A stretch of DNA of 64,000 bases from an uncultured Clostridia bacterium. GTDB taxonomy: Bacteria; Bacillota; Clostridia; Christensenellales; UBA1242. The notes beneath the pieces were generated by a model, which saw nothing but the letters and a program-made list of their open reading frames with translations, was not told the origin of the DNA and made no database searches. The position numbers were made by a program, and so were the translations under genes. The stretch covers positions 6,616 to 70,615 of the forward strand of contig CALWJZ010000003.1 in assembly GCA_944381145.1 (NCBI GenBank). The letters are read 5' to 3'. Each line of letters opens with the position of its first letter. Within the stretch, counting starts at the first letter, position 1. Below are positions 1-10,077 of the stretch, in pieces.

Positions 1-396
1 TCTATCTTCTTTATTTGGATAAACATATTTATTTGTAATTAATTTTTTGCTTACAGCATTAACAAATCCCGAATTATTTTTATTTTCAATTTTAGAAATT
101 TCAACTATTTCATTAACTAGAGCAAAAGAAGGAATACTTTGAATGTTTTTAGAAACATAAGCGACTATTTTTAATAAAATAAGAATTTGTATAGATGGCA
201 ATTTTTTTACAAACTTTGATATAAAGTATTCCAAAGATATATCATTTTCTAACACTCCATAGACAATTTTTGTAATCAGTGCTGTATTTAATTTATTTTC
301 AGATTTAATGTATTTATTAAGTTCAATACTTACATAAGATTTTTCGATATAAATTTTTTTTAATATTTTGTATGATAAACTTAATTCTTTATTCAC
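1..396 (-). CDS. rsmB: 16S rRNA m5C methyltransferase RsmB/Sun, N-terminal NusB-like domain only (gene continues past the left edge)
   Basis: Absent from the ORF track because there is no stop in the window. My translation of the minus strand 396->1 is open for all 132 codons (VNKELSLSYKILKKIY...TALITKIVYGVLEND...NSGFVNAVSKKL), resembling the RsmB NusB-like N-domain. The GTG start (394-396) overlaps the fmt stop. Order def-fmt-rsmB is canonical. Confidence 0.7.
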   Translation of the reverse strand, partial: MNKELSLSYKILKKIYIEKSYVSIELNKYIKSENKLNTALITKIVYGVLENDISLEYFISKFVKKLPSIQILILLKIVAYVSKNIQSIPSFALVNEIVEISKIENKNNSGFVNAVSKKLITNKYVYPNKEDR

Positions 397-1328
397 TCTA
401 CAATACTTCCAACCTTAATAGTTTTGCCATTTAAATAACTTTTTGCTGACATTTTTTTTGAATTTATTGGTAACAGTTCAGTAATTTCTATTAATCCATC
501 ATTACATTTTATAATAAGTCCCTGCTTATTATTAGCTATCACAACTTCACCATTTTTATACATCTGATAATTTTCTTGACTATATATTTTTGCATTATAC
601 AATTTAAAATAAACACCATCAATACTTATATGAGCTGTAGGCCAAATGGCAAGACCTTTTATTAATCCGACAATTTTTTTGCAAGAATCACTGAATGATA
701 AATTTGCCATATCACTATTTAACAATGTGCAATATGATGCCAATTCATTATTTTGTTCTATAAAATTTGCTTTGCCTGCTTCAATTAAATCTAATACTTC
801 AATTGCTATGTGTGTATTCAATTCAGATAATTTATCAAACAAAGTAATAGCATTGTCATTATCTTCAATTTTTGTTTCAATAGATTTTAAAACTGGGCCA
901 TCGTCCATTCCAATCCCGGATTTCAATACAGTTATGCCTGTTGTCTTTTCTCCATTAATAAGTGCCCATTGTATAGGACTTGCACCCCTATATTTTGGAA
1001 GTAGACTTCCGTGAAAATTAATTACTCCATATTTTTTCGCAAATAAAACATTACTCCCTAAAATTTGGCCATACGCACATGTTACAATTAAATCGGCATC
1101 AATTTTCAATATTTCACTTATATCATCTTTACGAATTTTCTCATACTGATAAACAGGAATATTATATTTTAATGCAACTTGTTTAACTGGTGTAGGAAGA
1201 ATTTTTTTGCTTCTACCCTTCGGTCTATCAGGTTGACTTACAACTGCTACAACCTGATGATTGCTATTTACAAATGTTTCCAGTAATGGTACTGCATATT
1301 CTGGAGTTCCAAAAAAAATTATTTTCAT
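393..1328 (-). CDS. fmt: methionyl-tRNA formyltransferase
   Basis: 311 aa. Motifs FGTPEYAVP, SQPDRPKGR and HGSLLPKYRGASPIQWALINGE. Lies between def and rsmB. Confidence 0.95.
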   Translation of the reverse strand: MKIIFFGTPEYAVPLLETFVNSNHQVVAVVSQPDRPKGRSKKILPTPVKQVALKYNIPVYQYEKIRKDDISEILKIDADLIVTCAYGQILGSNVLFAKKYGVINFHGSLLPKYRGASPIQWALINGEKTTGITVLKSGIGMDDGPVLKSIETKIEDNDNAITLFDKLSELNTHIAIEVLDLIEAGKANFIEQNNELASYCTLLNSDMANLSFSDSCKKIVGLIKGLAIWPTAHISIDGVYFKLYNAKIYSQENYQMYKNGEVVIANNKQGLIIKCNDGLIEITELLPINSKKMSAKSYLNGKTIKVGSIVE

Positions 1329-1792
1329 TATTTATCCTTTTTTTCTTTATAATTTTTTTCAATTTTATCTATATAAAGAATACCATCAAGATGATCTACT
1401 TCATGACAAATTGCCCTTGCCAACATATCTACACATGTCAAAATAAATTCATTGCCATATCTATCATAAGCTTTGATAGTAACTTCGCTTGGTCTTTTGA
1501 CAAATCCACTTTCTCCTTTTACAGATAAACAGCCTTCTCTTTCTATACTTTCACCTATTGTTTCCAAAATTTCTGGATTAATAAGTTCAATTTTCATGTG
1601 ATTAACATCTAAAACAATAGCTCTACGCAAAATACCTACCTGTACAGCTGCTAGACCACAACCATCATTTTTTATCATTGTTTCACGCATATCGTCAAGT
1701 AGTTGCCACAATTTTTCGTCAAATTCTTTCACTGTTTTGCTTTTTTTTCTTAAAATTTCATCTCCGACTTGTATAATATTTCTTATTGCCAT
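1328..1792 (-). CDS. def: peptide deformylase
   Basis: 154 aa with the three deformylase motifs GCGLAAVQVG, EGCLS and HEVDHLDG. Its stop overlaps the fmt ATG. Confidence 0.95.
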   Translation of the reverse strand: MAIRNIIQVGDEILRKKSKTVKEFDEKLWQLLDDMRETMIKNDGCGLAAVQVGILRRAIVLDVNHMKIELINPEILETIGESIEREGCLSVKGESGFVKRPSEVTIKAYDRYGNEFILTCVDMLARAICHEVDHLDGILYIDKIEKNYKEKKDK

Positions 1793-1808
1793 ATTTTCTC
1801 CTTATGTA

Positions 1809-4004
1809 TTAACTAAGTGAACTAGGATTAATTTCCACAAAAATACTTAGTTTATTATTTTTCATTTTATCCAATAATGTATAAATTTCATTTAATACTT
1901 CATCTTCAACTTCATTTGCAAATCTAAGAACAATTTGATATCTATGTTTATTTTTTATTTTATTAACTGGTGATTTCATAGCTTCCAAAAAGAAAAATTT
2001 CTCTTTGTATTTTATCCTAAAGTCTTTTAAATTAATAATTAATTTGTGAGTAGTTTCTTTAGCTAAGTTATCATCTTCACTTGTAAGTAAAATTCTTACT
2101 ATTTTTGCAAACGGAGGAAACTTGGTAGTTTCTCTTAAATTAATTTCTTTTTCATAAAATTTATTGTAATCATAATTTGCACTAGTTAGATACACTGGAT
2201 TTCTAGGAACATAAGTTTGCAAAACGACTTCTCCAGTAATATCACTTCTACCAGCCCTACCTGAGACCTGTGTTATTAATTGAAATGTAGTTTCATTTGC
2301 TTTGTAACTATAATTAAACAGTGAAATATCTGCATCAATTATTCCAACTAGCGAAACATTAGGAAAATCATGTCCCTTAGTCACCATCTGTGTACCAACT
2401 AAAATAGCAGGTTTAGTTTTCCCAAAATTATTTAAAATCTCATTATAAGAATTTTTATTCTTTATACTATCATTATCCAATCTAAAAATTTCAACATTTT
2501 CAAAATGCTTAGAGATTAATTCAACAATTTGCTGAGTTCCTGTAGCTCCTAGTTTTATGCTATCACTTCCACAATTAGGACATTTTGTTAATACTTTAAA
2601 CTTTTTGCCACAAAAATGACATTTAAGAACTCCCTCATCTTTATGATATACAAGATTAGCATCACATTCAGTGCATTTTGGAATATAAGAGCATTCTCTA
2701 CACATCAAATACGAACTAAAACCTCGTCTATTCAAAAATAATATTATTTGATTTTTATTCTTTATCTCCCTGTCAATTTTATCAAGTAATGTTGTACTCA
2801 AAATTGTATTATTACCATTTTTGAATTCATTACACATATCTACAATTTCTATTTTGGGCATAGGTTTCTCGTTAACTCTTGTAGGCATTTCAGTTAAATT
2901 ATATTCTTTAGTTTGTGTTTTGTAAAAAGTTTCAATAGATGGAGTAGCACTACCCAAAACCAATGGACAGTGATTATACCTTGCTCTAAACCTAGCAATA
3001 TCATGAGTAAAAAAGCGAGGATTACTTTCTGATATATATGAGCCATCGTGCTCTTCATCAATAATTATTACTCCAATATTTTTTATAGGTGCAAATATAC
3101 CTGACCTAGCACCTACAACAATTTTTGCTTCATCGTTAAAAATTCTAAGCCATTCATCATGTTTTTCACCAATGCTCAAAGCGCTATGTAATACAGCAAC
3201 ATCTTTTCCAAACCTATTATTAAACAATCTAACCATTTGTGGAGTTAAAGATATTTCTGGCACAAGCATCAATGCACCTTTGCCTTGATTCAAAACCTTT
3301 TCAATTACATGCATATATACTTCAGTTTTGCCACTACCTGTTACTCCAAACAATACAATTGGTTTATCTTTTGAATTAAGTATATCTTCAACTGCATTTT
3401 TTTGAATTTTTGTTAAATTAATGCTTTGTGATATTTTGTCTGTATGTTCTAATCTATTTACTCGAGTTTTTTCTTCGATTACAATACCATCTTTCAAAAG
3501 TTGAGAAACATTCGCGCTTCCAAATTTTTTTACAAGAATATTATATTTACATTTCCCTACTTCTTTGAGAAAATGGCACATCAATGGAATATTTTTATTC
3601 CTTTTGGATAATTTAGCTAAATAATCTTTATACTTATCATCTTTTAATAAAATGTTTCTTTCAACTTTAAAATTTACTTTGTTTCTCACTTGACTAGGAA
3701 CTATTAATCTAATACCGTCAATAATTCTAAGATATAATTTTTCTTTCATAAATTTTATAAGTTCTATCATTTCAGGTATAATTAATGGTTTATCATCAAG
3801 AATACTGATAATGCTTTTTAATTTTTCCTCAGGGCAATCAGTATTTTGTTTCAAAGACATTACATATCCTTCTATTTTCCTGTTTCCAAAAGGTACTAAC
3901 ACTCTATACCCAGGAGTTAGATTCAGACAAGAAGAAGGTATTTTATAATCAAATACCTTATCAACTTCACTAGACAAAACATCTACAATTACTTCTGCTA
4001 TCAA
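1809..4004 (-). CDS. priA: primosomal replication-restart helicase PriA
   Basis: 731 aa. Walker A GVTGSGKTE, DEEHD box, and a Cys-rich zinc module CRECSYIPKCTECDANL...CHFCG...CPNCGS. Confidence 0.95.
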   Translation of the reverse strand: MIAEVIVDVLSSEVDKVFDYKIPSSCLNLTPGYRVLVPFGNRKIEGYVMSLKQNTDCPEEKLKSIISILDDKPLIIPEMIELIKFMKEKLYLRIIDGIRLIVPSQVRNKVNFKVERNILLKDDKYKDYLAKLSKRNKNIPLMCHFLKEVGKCKYNILVKKFGSANVSQLLKDGIVIEEKTRVNRLEHTDKISQSINLTKIQKNAVEDILNSKDKPIVLFGVTGSGKTEVYMHVIEKVLNQGKGALMLVPEISLTPQMVRLFNNRFGKDVAVLHSALSIGEKHDEWLRIFNDEAKIVVGARSGIFAPIKNIGVIIIDEEHDGSYISESNPRFFTHDIARFRARYNHCPLVLGSATPSIETFYKTQTKEYNLTEMPTRVNEKPMPKIEIVDMCNEFKNGNNTILSTTLLDKIDREIKNKNQIILFLNRRGFSSYLMCRECSYIPKCTECDANLVYHKDEGVLKCHFCGKKFKVLTKCPNCGSDSIKLGATGTQQIVELISKHFENVEIFRLDNDSIKNKNSYNEILNNFGKTKPAILVGTQMVTKGHDFPNVSLVGIIDADISLFNYSYKANETTFQLITQVSGRAGRSDITGEVVLQTYVPRNPVYLTSANYDYNKFYEKEINLRETTKFPPFAKIVRILLTSEDDNLAKETTHKLIINLKDFRIKYKEKFFFLEAMKSPVNKIKNKHRYQIVLRFANEVEDEVLNEIYTLLDKMKNNKLSIFVEINPSSLS

Positions 4005-4021
4005 AGTTTAACTCCTAATTC

Positions 4022-4060
4022 AAAAAAATCTATTGCTATCTAAGTTATCTAGCAATAGAT
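4022..4060 (-). terminator. rho-independent terminator after rpoZ
   Basis: ATCTATTGCTA (4028-4038) pairs with TAGCAATAGAT (4050-4060) across an 11-nt loop. On the minus sense it is followed by a 7-U run (A-run 4022-4028). Confidence 0.6.
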
Positions 4061-4127
4061 TTTATCTATTCTTTACTAAATAATAGCAATAGAATTTTGC
4101 ATTTTATATCAAATTTCGAAAGATAAC

Positions 4128-4328
4128 TTATTTGTCAGTTTCTTCATCTATTACAATTGTTCCATTTTCAACTTCTTCAACTGCACGAGTAACTTCAGGT
4201 TTAATTACCTTTTCTTCTTCAGACAATGTTTCACTCAAAAACTTTGCACGTTTACCCACAATAACAGCTAGTTTATATGGATTACCCATTTTTTCAACTA
4301 ATTCATCAATAGGTGGTTCTAATAACAT
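4128..4328 (-). CDS. rpoZ: DNA-directed RNA polymerase subunit omega
   Basis: AGGAG sits 7 nt before the second ATG (4328). MLLEPPIDELVEKMGNPYKLAVIVGKRAKFL is a typical omega N-terminus. The track's 7-codon extension contains that SD, so I reject it. Confidence 0.85.
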   Translation of the reverse strand: MLLEPPIDELVEKMGNPYKLAVIVGKRAKFLSETLSEEEKVIKPEVTRAVEEVENGTIVIDEETDK

Positions 4329-4426
4329 AAATTTGCTCCTAATTAACAAAAAATATATATAACATAATTATTCTAATATATTATAAGAAAATTTTCAACA
4401 CTTTTTTATAAATAATTAAATATTAA

Positions 4427-6382
4427 TTACTTGTATTTATTAAGTTCTAACATGAAAATATCTTCGCCAATAACATTTACACCAAGATTTTTTGCCTTGG
4501 TTAGTTTACTCCCAGGATTTTCTCCACATAATAAATAGTCTGTTTTTGAACTGATTGAGTTAGTTACATTAGATCCAAAATTTTCTAACAGTTTGGTAGC
4601 TTCTTCTCTTGAAAAGTTCTTTAATGTTCCCGTAATTACAACAGTTTTTCCAAAAAACATATTATTTATATTATTAATTTTATTACTTGAAAGTACTGTT
4701 ACCCCTAATTTTATTAAGTCTTCAATTAAATCAATATTATTTTTGTTATTGAAAAAAACAACAATATTTTTAGCTATAATATCTCCAATATCTTTAATTT
4801 CTAACAAATCATCAATACTAGCAGTTTCAACATTCTCAATACTGCCAAATTTTTTTGCAATATCCTTTGCTGTTTTTTGACCTACACCATTAATACCAAG
4901 GGCATAAATAAAATTTGATAACTCAACATTTTTACTTTTTTCTATACTTTGCAGAAGATTATTAATTTTTTTAGATTTGAAGCCTTCTAGTACACTTAAA
5001 TCATTTGATGTAAGTTCATAGAGTTGAGTGACTTTAGTAATATTCAAAGTATTATATAGCAAATTTACAGTTTTTTCAGATAAGCCCTCGATGTTCATTG
5101 CATTTTTACTTGCAAAATGCGTGATTTTTGCAACAATTCTTTCAGGACAATTATCATTAGGACAGAACAAATTAATATCATCATATATTAGTTTTGTTTT
5201 ACAACACGGACAAATTGTTGGCAAATCTATTTTTTTGCTATTCTGCAAATGTTCTGCAACTCCCAAAATCTCAGGTATAACTTCATTACTTCGTCTTACA
5301 AAAACCCTACTACCTATTGCCACATCTTTTCTTTTTATATCATCATAATTATTCAATGTAGCATGTGTAACCGTAGCACCAGCAAGTTCAATTGGTTCTA
5401 TCTCACAAACAGGCGTTAATTTACCTGTTCTACCTACTTGCCAAACTACATTTTTGACTATACTAGTTAATTCTTGTGCCTCAAACTTGTATGCAATTGC
5501 CCATTTTGGAAACTTCTCTGTAAATCCAACTTTTTCTCTTATATTATAATCATCAACTTTAATTACCATTCCATCAATTAAAATATCGAGAGTGTTCTTT
5601 ATTTTGTCTACTTCATCAATATGTTTTACAATTTCGCTGAAACTATCTAGAGTATAAAAATAATCAAAAGTATCAAAATTCTGATTTTTTAGAAATTCAT
5701 GGGCCATTGTTTGTGAAGTTATTTTATCATCAATGTATTGAATATCATAAATAATCGCATCTAAATTTCTACTAGCAGTTACTTTTGTATCAAGGTTTCT
5801 TAGAGCTCCAGCTGCAGCATTTCTTGCATTTTTTAATGGTTCATTACTATTTTTGTTATATTTTTCTAGAACTGATAATTTCATCAAAACTTCGCCCATG
5901 ACTATTAACTTTTTTCTGAAATTGATTGTCTTTGGAATATTTTTTATCGTTTTGATTTGTTCTGTTATATTTTCGCCAACTAATCCATTCCCTCTAGTTG
6001 CACCATTTTTCAATATCCCATTTTCATATTTTAGTACTACTCTTAAGCCATCATATTTATACTCAAGACTAAATTTTGTTGCACCAGCATTTTTCATATC
6101 ATAGAACCAAGTTTTCAGTTCTTCATAATTATTTGCCTTATTTAAACTATATAATTTTTGTTCATGCTTAACTTTTTCAAACTTATCAAGAACAACATCT
6201 CCAACCTTTTGTGTAGGGCTATTATCAAGAATAGTACCAGTTTCTTTTTCTAATGAAACTAACTCATAATATAAATCATCATATTCTTTATCCGAAATTA
6301 GAGGATTATCAAGAGTATAATAAGCATAATTATATTTATCAATGAGTTCAATTAATTGCTTCATTCGATCTATTTTATTCAT
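4427..6382 (-). CDS. ligA: NAD-dependent DNA ligase
   Basis: 651 aa. Adenylation KxDG (LEYKYDGLRV), Cys4 zinc finger CPCCKTKL...CPNDNCP, HhH region and a C-terminal BRCT-like GKTVVITG. Confidence 0.95.
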   Translation of the reverse strand: MNKIDRMKQLIELIDKYNYAYYTLDNPLISDKEYDDLYYELVSLEKETGTILDNSPTQKVGDVVLDKFEKVKHEQKLYSLNKANNYEELKTWFYDMKNAGATKFSLEYKYDGLRVVLKYENGILKNGATRGNGLVGENITEQIKTIKNIPKTINFRKKLIVMGEVLMKLSVLEKYNKNSNEPLKNARNAAAGALRNLDTKVTASRNLDAIIYDIQYIDDKITSQTMAHEFLKNQNFDTFDYFYTLDSFSEIVKHIDEVDKIKNTLDILIDGMVIKVDDYNIREKVGFTEKFPKWAIAYKFEAQELTSIVKNVVWQVGRTGKLTPVCEIEPIELAGATVTHATLNNYDDIKRKDVAIGSRVFVRRSNEVIPEILGVAEHLQNSKKIDLPTICPCCKTKLIYDDINLFCPNDNCPERIVAKITHFASKNAMNIEGLSEKTVNLLYNTLNITKVTQLYELTSNDLSVLEGFKSKKINNLLQSIEKSKNVELSNFIYALGINGVGQKTAKDIAKKFGSIENVETASIDDLLEIKDIGDIIAKNIVVFFNNKNNIDLIEDLIKLGVTVLSSNKINNINNMFFGKTVVITGTLKNFSREEATKLLENFGSNVTNSISSKTDYLLCGENPGSKLTKAKNLGVNVIGEDIFMLELNKYK

Positions 6383-6390
6383 AATATCTC

Positions 6391-8685
6391 CTATTTTTTC
6401 AAAATTTGTAATGGAGCAAAGTTTAAAGACAATGTTTTAACTCCCAATTTGCCAAAATCAACTGATACATAATTATTTGTACCTTCATCATCAACTTTAA
6501 TTATAGTACCAACACCAAATTTTGTATGCAATACCTGAACTCCAACCTTATATTCATCAACATTTTTCTTTTGATTATTAATTTTTTTGTTTAAAATACC
6601 TTGTAATTTTTCTAAATTATCATGATTATTTGAAGATTGAAATTTGAAATCATTTAACTTTTCCTTATATTCACCGTAGTTAGAATAAGTATTAGATGTT
6701 TTTTCATTAAAATAACTTTCATTATAACTATAATTATTGACAATAGAATTATATGAATTACTAGAAAAATGTTGATTATCAAAAGATTTATTTTCTATAC
6801 CCATTTCACTAATAAATCCACTAATAAGAGTATTTTTTCTATTTCCATACAAAAATCTAGATTTTGCTCTTGTAACATATAATTTATTTTTTGCTCTAGT
6901 AATTCCAACATACATAAGTCGTCGTTCTTCTTCCATTTCGTCTAGGTTGTCTTTTGATCTACTTAGAGGGAAAATACCATCTTCTAAACCTATCAAAAAA
7001 ACATACTCAAATTCTAGTCCTTTACTTGCGTGTATAGTAGAAATTGCCACAGATAATTCATTATTATCCTCTTCTTCTAAAGTATTTTGCAAGGTAACAC
7101 TTTCTAAATAATCAATAAGTGTAGCATCTTCATTTAAATTTTCATAACTTTTTACAGATTGTAAAAGTTGGTCAATATTAAGTTTTCTATCAATATCTTC
7201 TTCTGAATTTGTATTATACAAAGATTTAATTTCAGTTTTGTCTATAACAAATTCAACAAAATCATATAAATTTGAATTTTTATATTTTGCTTTAAGTTCT
7301 CCTATCAAATCACTAAAACCTGCAAGTTTGGACTTAACAGCACTTGAAACATCTAAATTTCTGAAATCTTCAATTAGATCAACAAGTGATTTATGTTCAT
7401 TAATTGATAATTCAAGCAATTTATCTATTGTTGCTTGACCTATACCTCTTTTTGGATAATTAATAATTCTTGCAACATTGCTATTGTCTTTTGGATTGAC
7501 AATCATTGTAAGATAAGCAAGTATATTTTTTATCTCTAGTCTTTCAAAAAACTTAAATATTCCACTTACTTTGTAAGGGATATTATAATTAAGAAGCTTT
7601 TCTTCAATGAGTCTACTCAAAGATGAAATTCTCATTAGTACACCTATTTCATTCAATTCAACACCTTTTGATTTCAGCATGTAAATTTCTCTAGCAACAT
7701 ATTCTGCTTCTTCATTTTCATCAATGCATTCTTTGAATTTAACCTCTTCGCCATCAATATTGTCAGTGTACAAAGTTTTGTCAATTCGAGTATAATTATT
7801 TTTTATCAACTTATTTGCTACTTTTATAATGTTTTTAGTACTACGATAATTTTGCTCTAATTTATAAATTTTTGGGCTAAAATCTTTGATAAAATTTGTA
7901 ATATTTTCGATATTCGCACCACGCCAGCAATATATACATTGATCTTCATCTCCAACTACAAATATATTTTTAGTATTCTTTGCAAAACACTTTAATAATT
8001 TGTATTGAACCAAATTTGTATCTTGAAATTCATCAACATGAATATATTTATATTTGTTTTGGTAATACTCAAGAACATTTGGACAAGTATAAAACAATTC
8101 TAAAGTTTTCAACAACAAATCATCAAAATCAAGCGAATTGTTATTTTTTAACCTATCTTGATAAGCCCTATAGATTTTTACAATATCATCAATATCTTTA
8201 TCAAACCTATTTTCCTTTAAATATTCATCAGGTAAAAGTCCAGCATTTTTCGCTTTGGAAATATGGTACAAACTTTTTTGGATAATATCTTCTTCGTCTA
8301 ATTTTAAATTAGAAATAACTTCTTTTATTAAATTTTTTTGTTGTTTTTCATCATAAATAGAAAAATATCTATCAAATCCATCCAATTTATTAATGTTTTC
8401 TCTTAAAATACTTGCACATAATGCATGAAAAGTTTTTATTGTAACTCCATTACTTTGAGGTGCCATTTTAAAAACTCTTTCACTCATTTCTTTTGTTGCT
8501 TTATTAGTAAAAGTTATAGCCAAAATATTGTGAGGATCAACATTTTTTACTCTTATAAGATAACATATTCTATTTGTTAATACTCTTGTTTTACCAGAAC
8601 CTGCCCCAGCAGAAACTAGTATGGGACCTTCTGTATCAGTAACTATTGTTTTTTGAATATCATTTAATGAGTCTAGTAAATCCAT
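6391..8685 (-). CDS. pcrA: ATP-dependent DNA helicase PcrA (UvrD family)
   Basis: 764 aa. Motifs GAGSGKTRVLTNRI, DEFQDTN, VGDEDQCIYCWRGA and a C-terminal Tudor-like KVGVQVLHTKFGVGTI. pcrA-ligA order as in Bacillus. Confidence 0.9.
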   Translation of the reverse strand: MDLLDSLNDIQKTIVTDTEGPILVSAGAGSGKTRVLTNRICYLIRVKNVDPHNILAITFTNKATKEMSERVFKMAPQSNGVTIKTFHALCASILRENINKLDGFDRYFSIYDEKQQKNLIKEVISNLKLDEEDIIQKSLYHISKAKNAGLLPDEYLKENRFDKDIDDIVKIYRAYQDRLKNNNSLDFDDLLLKTLELFYTCPNVLEYYQNKYKYIHVDEFQDTNLVQYKLLKCFAKNTKNIFVVGDEDQCIYCWRGANIENITNFIKDFSPKIYKLEQNYRSTKNIIKVANKLIKNNYTRIDKTLYTDNIDGEEVKFKECIDENEEAEYVAREIYMLKSKGVELNEIGVLMRISSLSRLIEEKLLNYNIPYKVSGIFKFFERLEIKNILAYLTMIVNPKDNSNVARIINYPKRGIGQATIDKLLELSINEHKSLVDLIEDFRNLDVSSAVKSKLAGFSDLIGELKAKYKNSNLYDFVEFVIDKTEIKSLYNTNSEEDIDRKLNIDQLLQSVKSYENLNEDATLIDYLESVTLQNTLEEEDNNELSVAISTIHASKGLEFEYVFLIGLEDGIFPLSRSKDNLDEMEEERRLMYVGITRAKNKLYVTRAKSRFLYGNRKNTLISGFISEMGIENKSFDNQHFSSNSYNSIVNNYSYNESYFNEKTSNTYSNYGEYKEKLNDFKFQSSNNHDNLEKLQGILNKKINNQKKNVDEYKVGVQVLHTKFGVGTIIKVDDEGTNNYVSVDFGKLGVKTLSLNFAPLQILKK

Positions 8686-8888
8686 TTTTGCTCCATGTAT
8701 TTATATAATTTAATTTAGATTAGTCACAAATTATTTTATCACAACTTATAAGTTTAGCAAAACAATAAAAAAAGATAAGTTACTAAAACCTATCTTTTTG
8801 TAGTATTTATTTTATCAAAATATACTTTTTAAACTTGCTTGAAGTTTTATAAAAATATCTATTTTAAACAAATCTAAATTAAATAAAA

Positions 8889-9245
8889 TTAACCACACAA
8901 AACTTGATCTTTAACTTTATTATACTTTTCACTTAAATTTAGTATATAAAATTCTTTTTGCTTAGCATCTAGCGTTTCGAAATAAGCATTATCGCTTAAT
9001 CTACCTAAAGGATTATAACAATCCTGAGATAATAATTTTTTTACATTTTCAACAAATTCAGTATCTTCTTCCAATTTTATAGTTATATAGTTGGTTTCTG
9101 CCTTTAATCGTTGCAAAGCTTTTGCATTTTGAATAAAATAACTTGATGCTTTGTTTTTATTCAAAACTGTTGTTGATTTATAATCTTTATTCATAAGTCT
9201 TTGTTTAGCTAAGTTTGCTAAAAACTTTAATTCATTATTTTTCAT
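8889..9245 (-). CDS. hypothetical protein (118 aa)
   Basis: Stand-alone ORF with hairpin terminators on both sides (about 8769-8800 and 9355-9380). I recognise no family. Confidence 0.5.
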   Translation of the reverse strand: MKNNELKFLANLAKQRLMNKDYKSTTVLNKNKASSYFIQNAKALQRLKAETNYITIKLEEDTEFVENVKKLLSQDCYNPLGRLSDNAYFETLDAKQKEFYILNLSEKYNKVKDQVLCG

Positions 9246-9354
9246 TTTCCATTTCCTTCCAAATTTTGATAATTACATTATAACAAAGATAAATTTTTGA
9301 ACAAAAAGATTTTCAATTCTAATTTTGAGTTATTATGTCGAAGAATGTAAACAA

Positions 9355-9380
9355 AAAGAGTGCCAAAGTTGGCACTCTTT
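9355..9380 (-). terminator. rho-independent terminator after rpsU
   Basis: AAAGAGTGCC(AA)/(TT)GGCACTCTTT stem, followed on the minus sense by TTTTGTTT. Confidence 0.65.
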
Positions 9381-9389
9381 ATATCCTTA

Positions 9390-9581
9390 TTAAACTCTTT
9401 TTTTGCTTCTCTTTATAGCAGCTTTTTGTTTTTTCTTTCTTTTTACACTTGGTTTTTCGTACTGTTCATGTTTACGTAAATCACCAATAATACCATCTTT
9501 TTGGCATTTTCTTTTAAATCTCTTGATTGCACTTTCAACAGATTCAGTTTCACCAACTCTAACTGTAGACAAATTTTTCAC
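9390..9581 (-). CDS. rpsU: 30S ribosomal protein S21 (bS21)
   Basis: 63 aa and very basic. SAIKRFKRKCQKDGI...KPSVKRKKK. Confidence 0.9.
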   Translation of the reverse strand: MKNLSTVRVGETESVESAIKRFKRKCQKDGIIGDLRKHEQYEKPSVKRKKKQKAAIKRSKKRV

Positions 9582-9661
9582 CCACTTTTATTTTTATTCT
9601 ATTCCATTATATATATTTAATCAAAAATGTCAAGGTTTTTACCTAAAATTATAATTAACAT

Positions 9662-10060
9662 TTAAACAATTTTTAACTTTTCTTGTATTTCTTTCAAATC
9701 AAATTCAGATTTTTTCAATATAGGATATATTTTTAAGTTATCTTCATTTTTCCTTGGTATAATGTGTATATGAAAATGAAATACACTTTGTTCAGCATCT
9801 TTACCACAACAATTAATCAAGTTTACGCCTGTAAATCCACAATTTTTTACAAAATGTTCACTTAATTTTTTTGCACTTTTCATTACATTGTTTAATTCTT
9901 CAACAGGTATATCAATTAAATTTTGGTAATGTTTTTTTGGTATTACTAGTGTATGCCCATACACATCATTTGCTATATCTAAAAAAGCAATAGTATTTTC
10001 ATCTTCATAAATTTTATAACAAGGAATATCCCCTTTTATAATATCACAAAATACACACAT
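9662..10060 (-). CDS. HIT-family nucleotide hydrolase/transferase
   Basis: Histidine triad HFHIHIIP. AAAGGAG lies 8 nt before ATG 10060 (MCVFCDIIKGDIP). The track's upstream ATG (10081) would overlap the mtaB stop and contains that SD. Confidence 0.85.
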   Translation of the reverse strand: MCVFCDIIKGDIPCYKIYEDENTIAFLDIANDVYGHTLVIPKKHYQNLIDIPVEELNNVMKSAKKLSEHFVKNCGFTGVNLINCCGKDAEQSVFHFHIHIIPRKNEDNLKIYPILKKSEFDLKEIQEKLKIV

Positions 10061-10077
10061 ATTATATTCTCCTTTTT

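Noticed and set aside
646-1014. Antisense ORFs of 60-130 aa inside well-supported genes. Examples: 646-1014, 4132-4362, 4593-4880, 5028-5348, 7980-8285, 15605-15943, 21930-22316, 23267-23557, 39036-39278, 40168-40569, 49110-49400, 55807-56118, 57764-57997.
   Set aside because: They lie opposite strongly motif-supported genes. They encode low-complexity F/L/I/S-rich peptides typical of the reverse frame of AT-rich coding DNA. I saw no SD for them.
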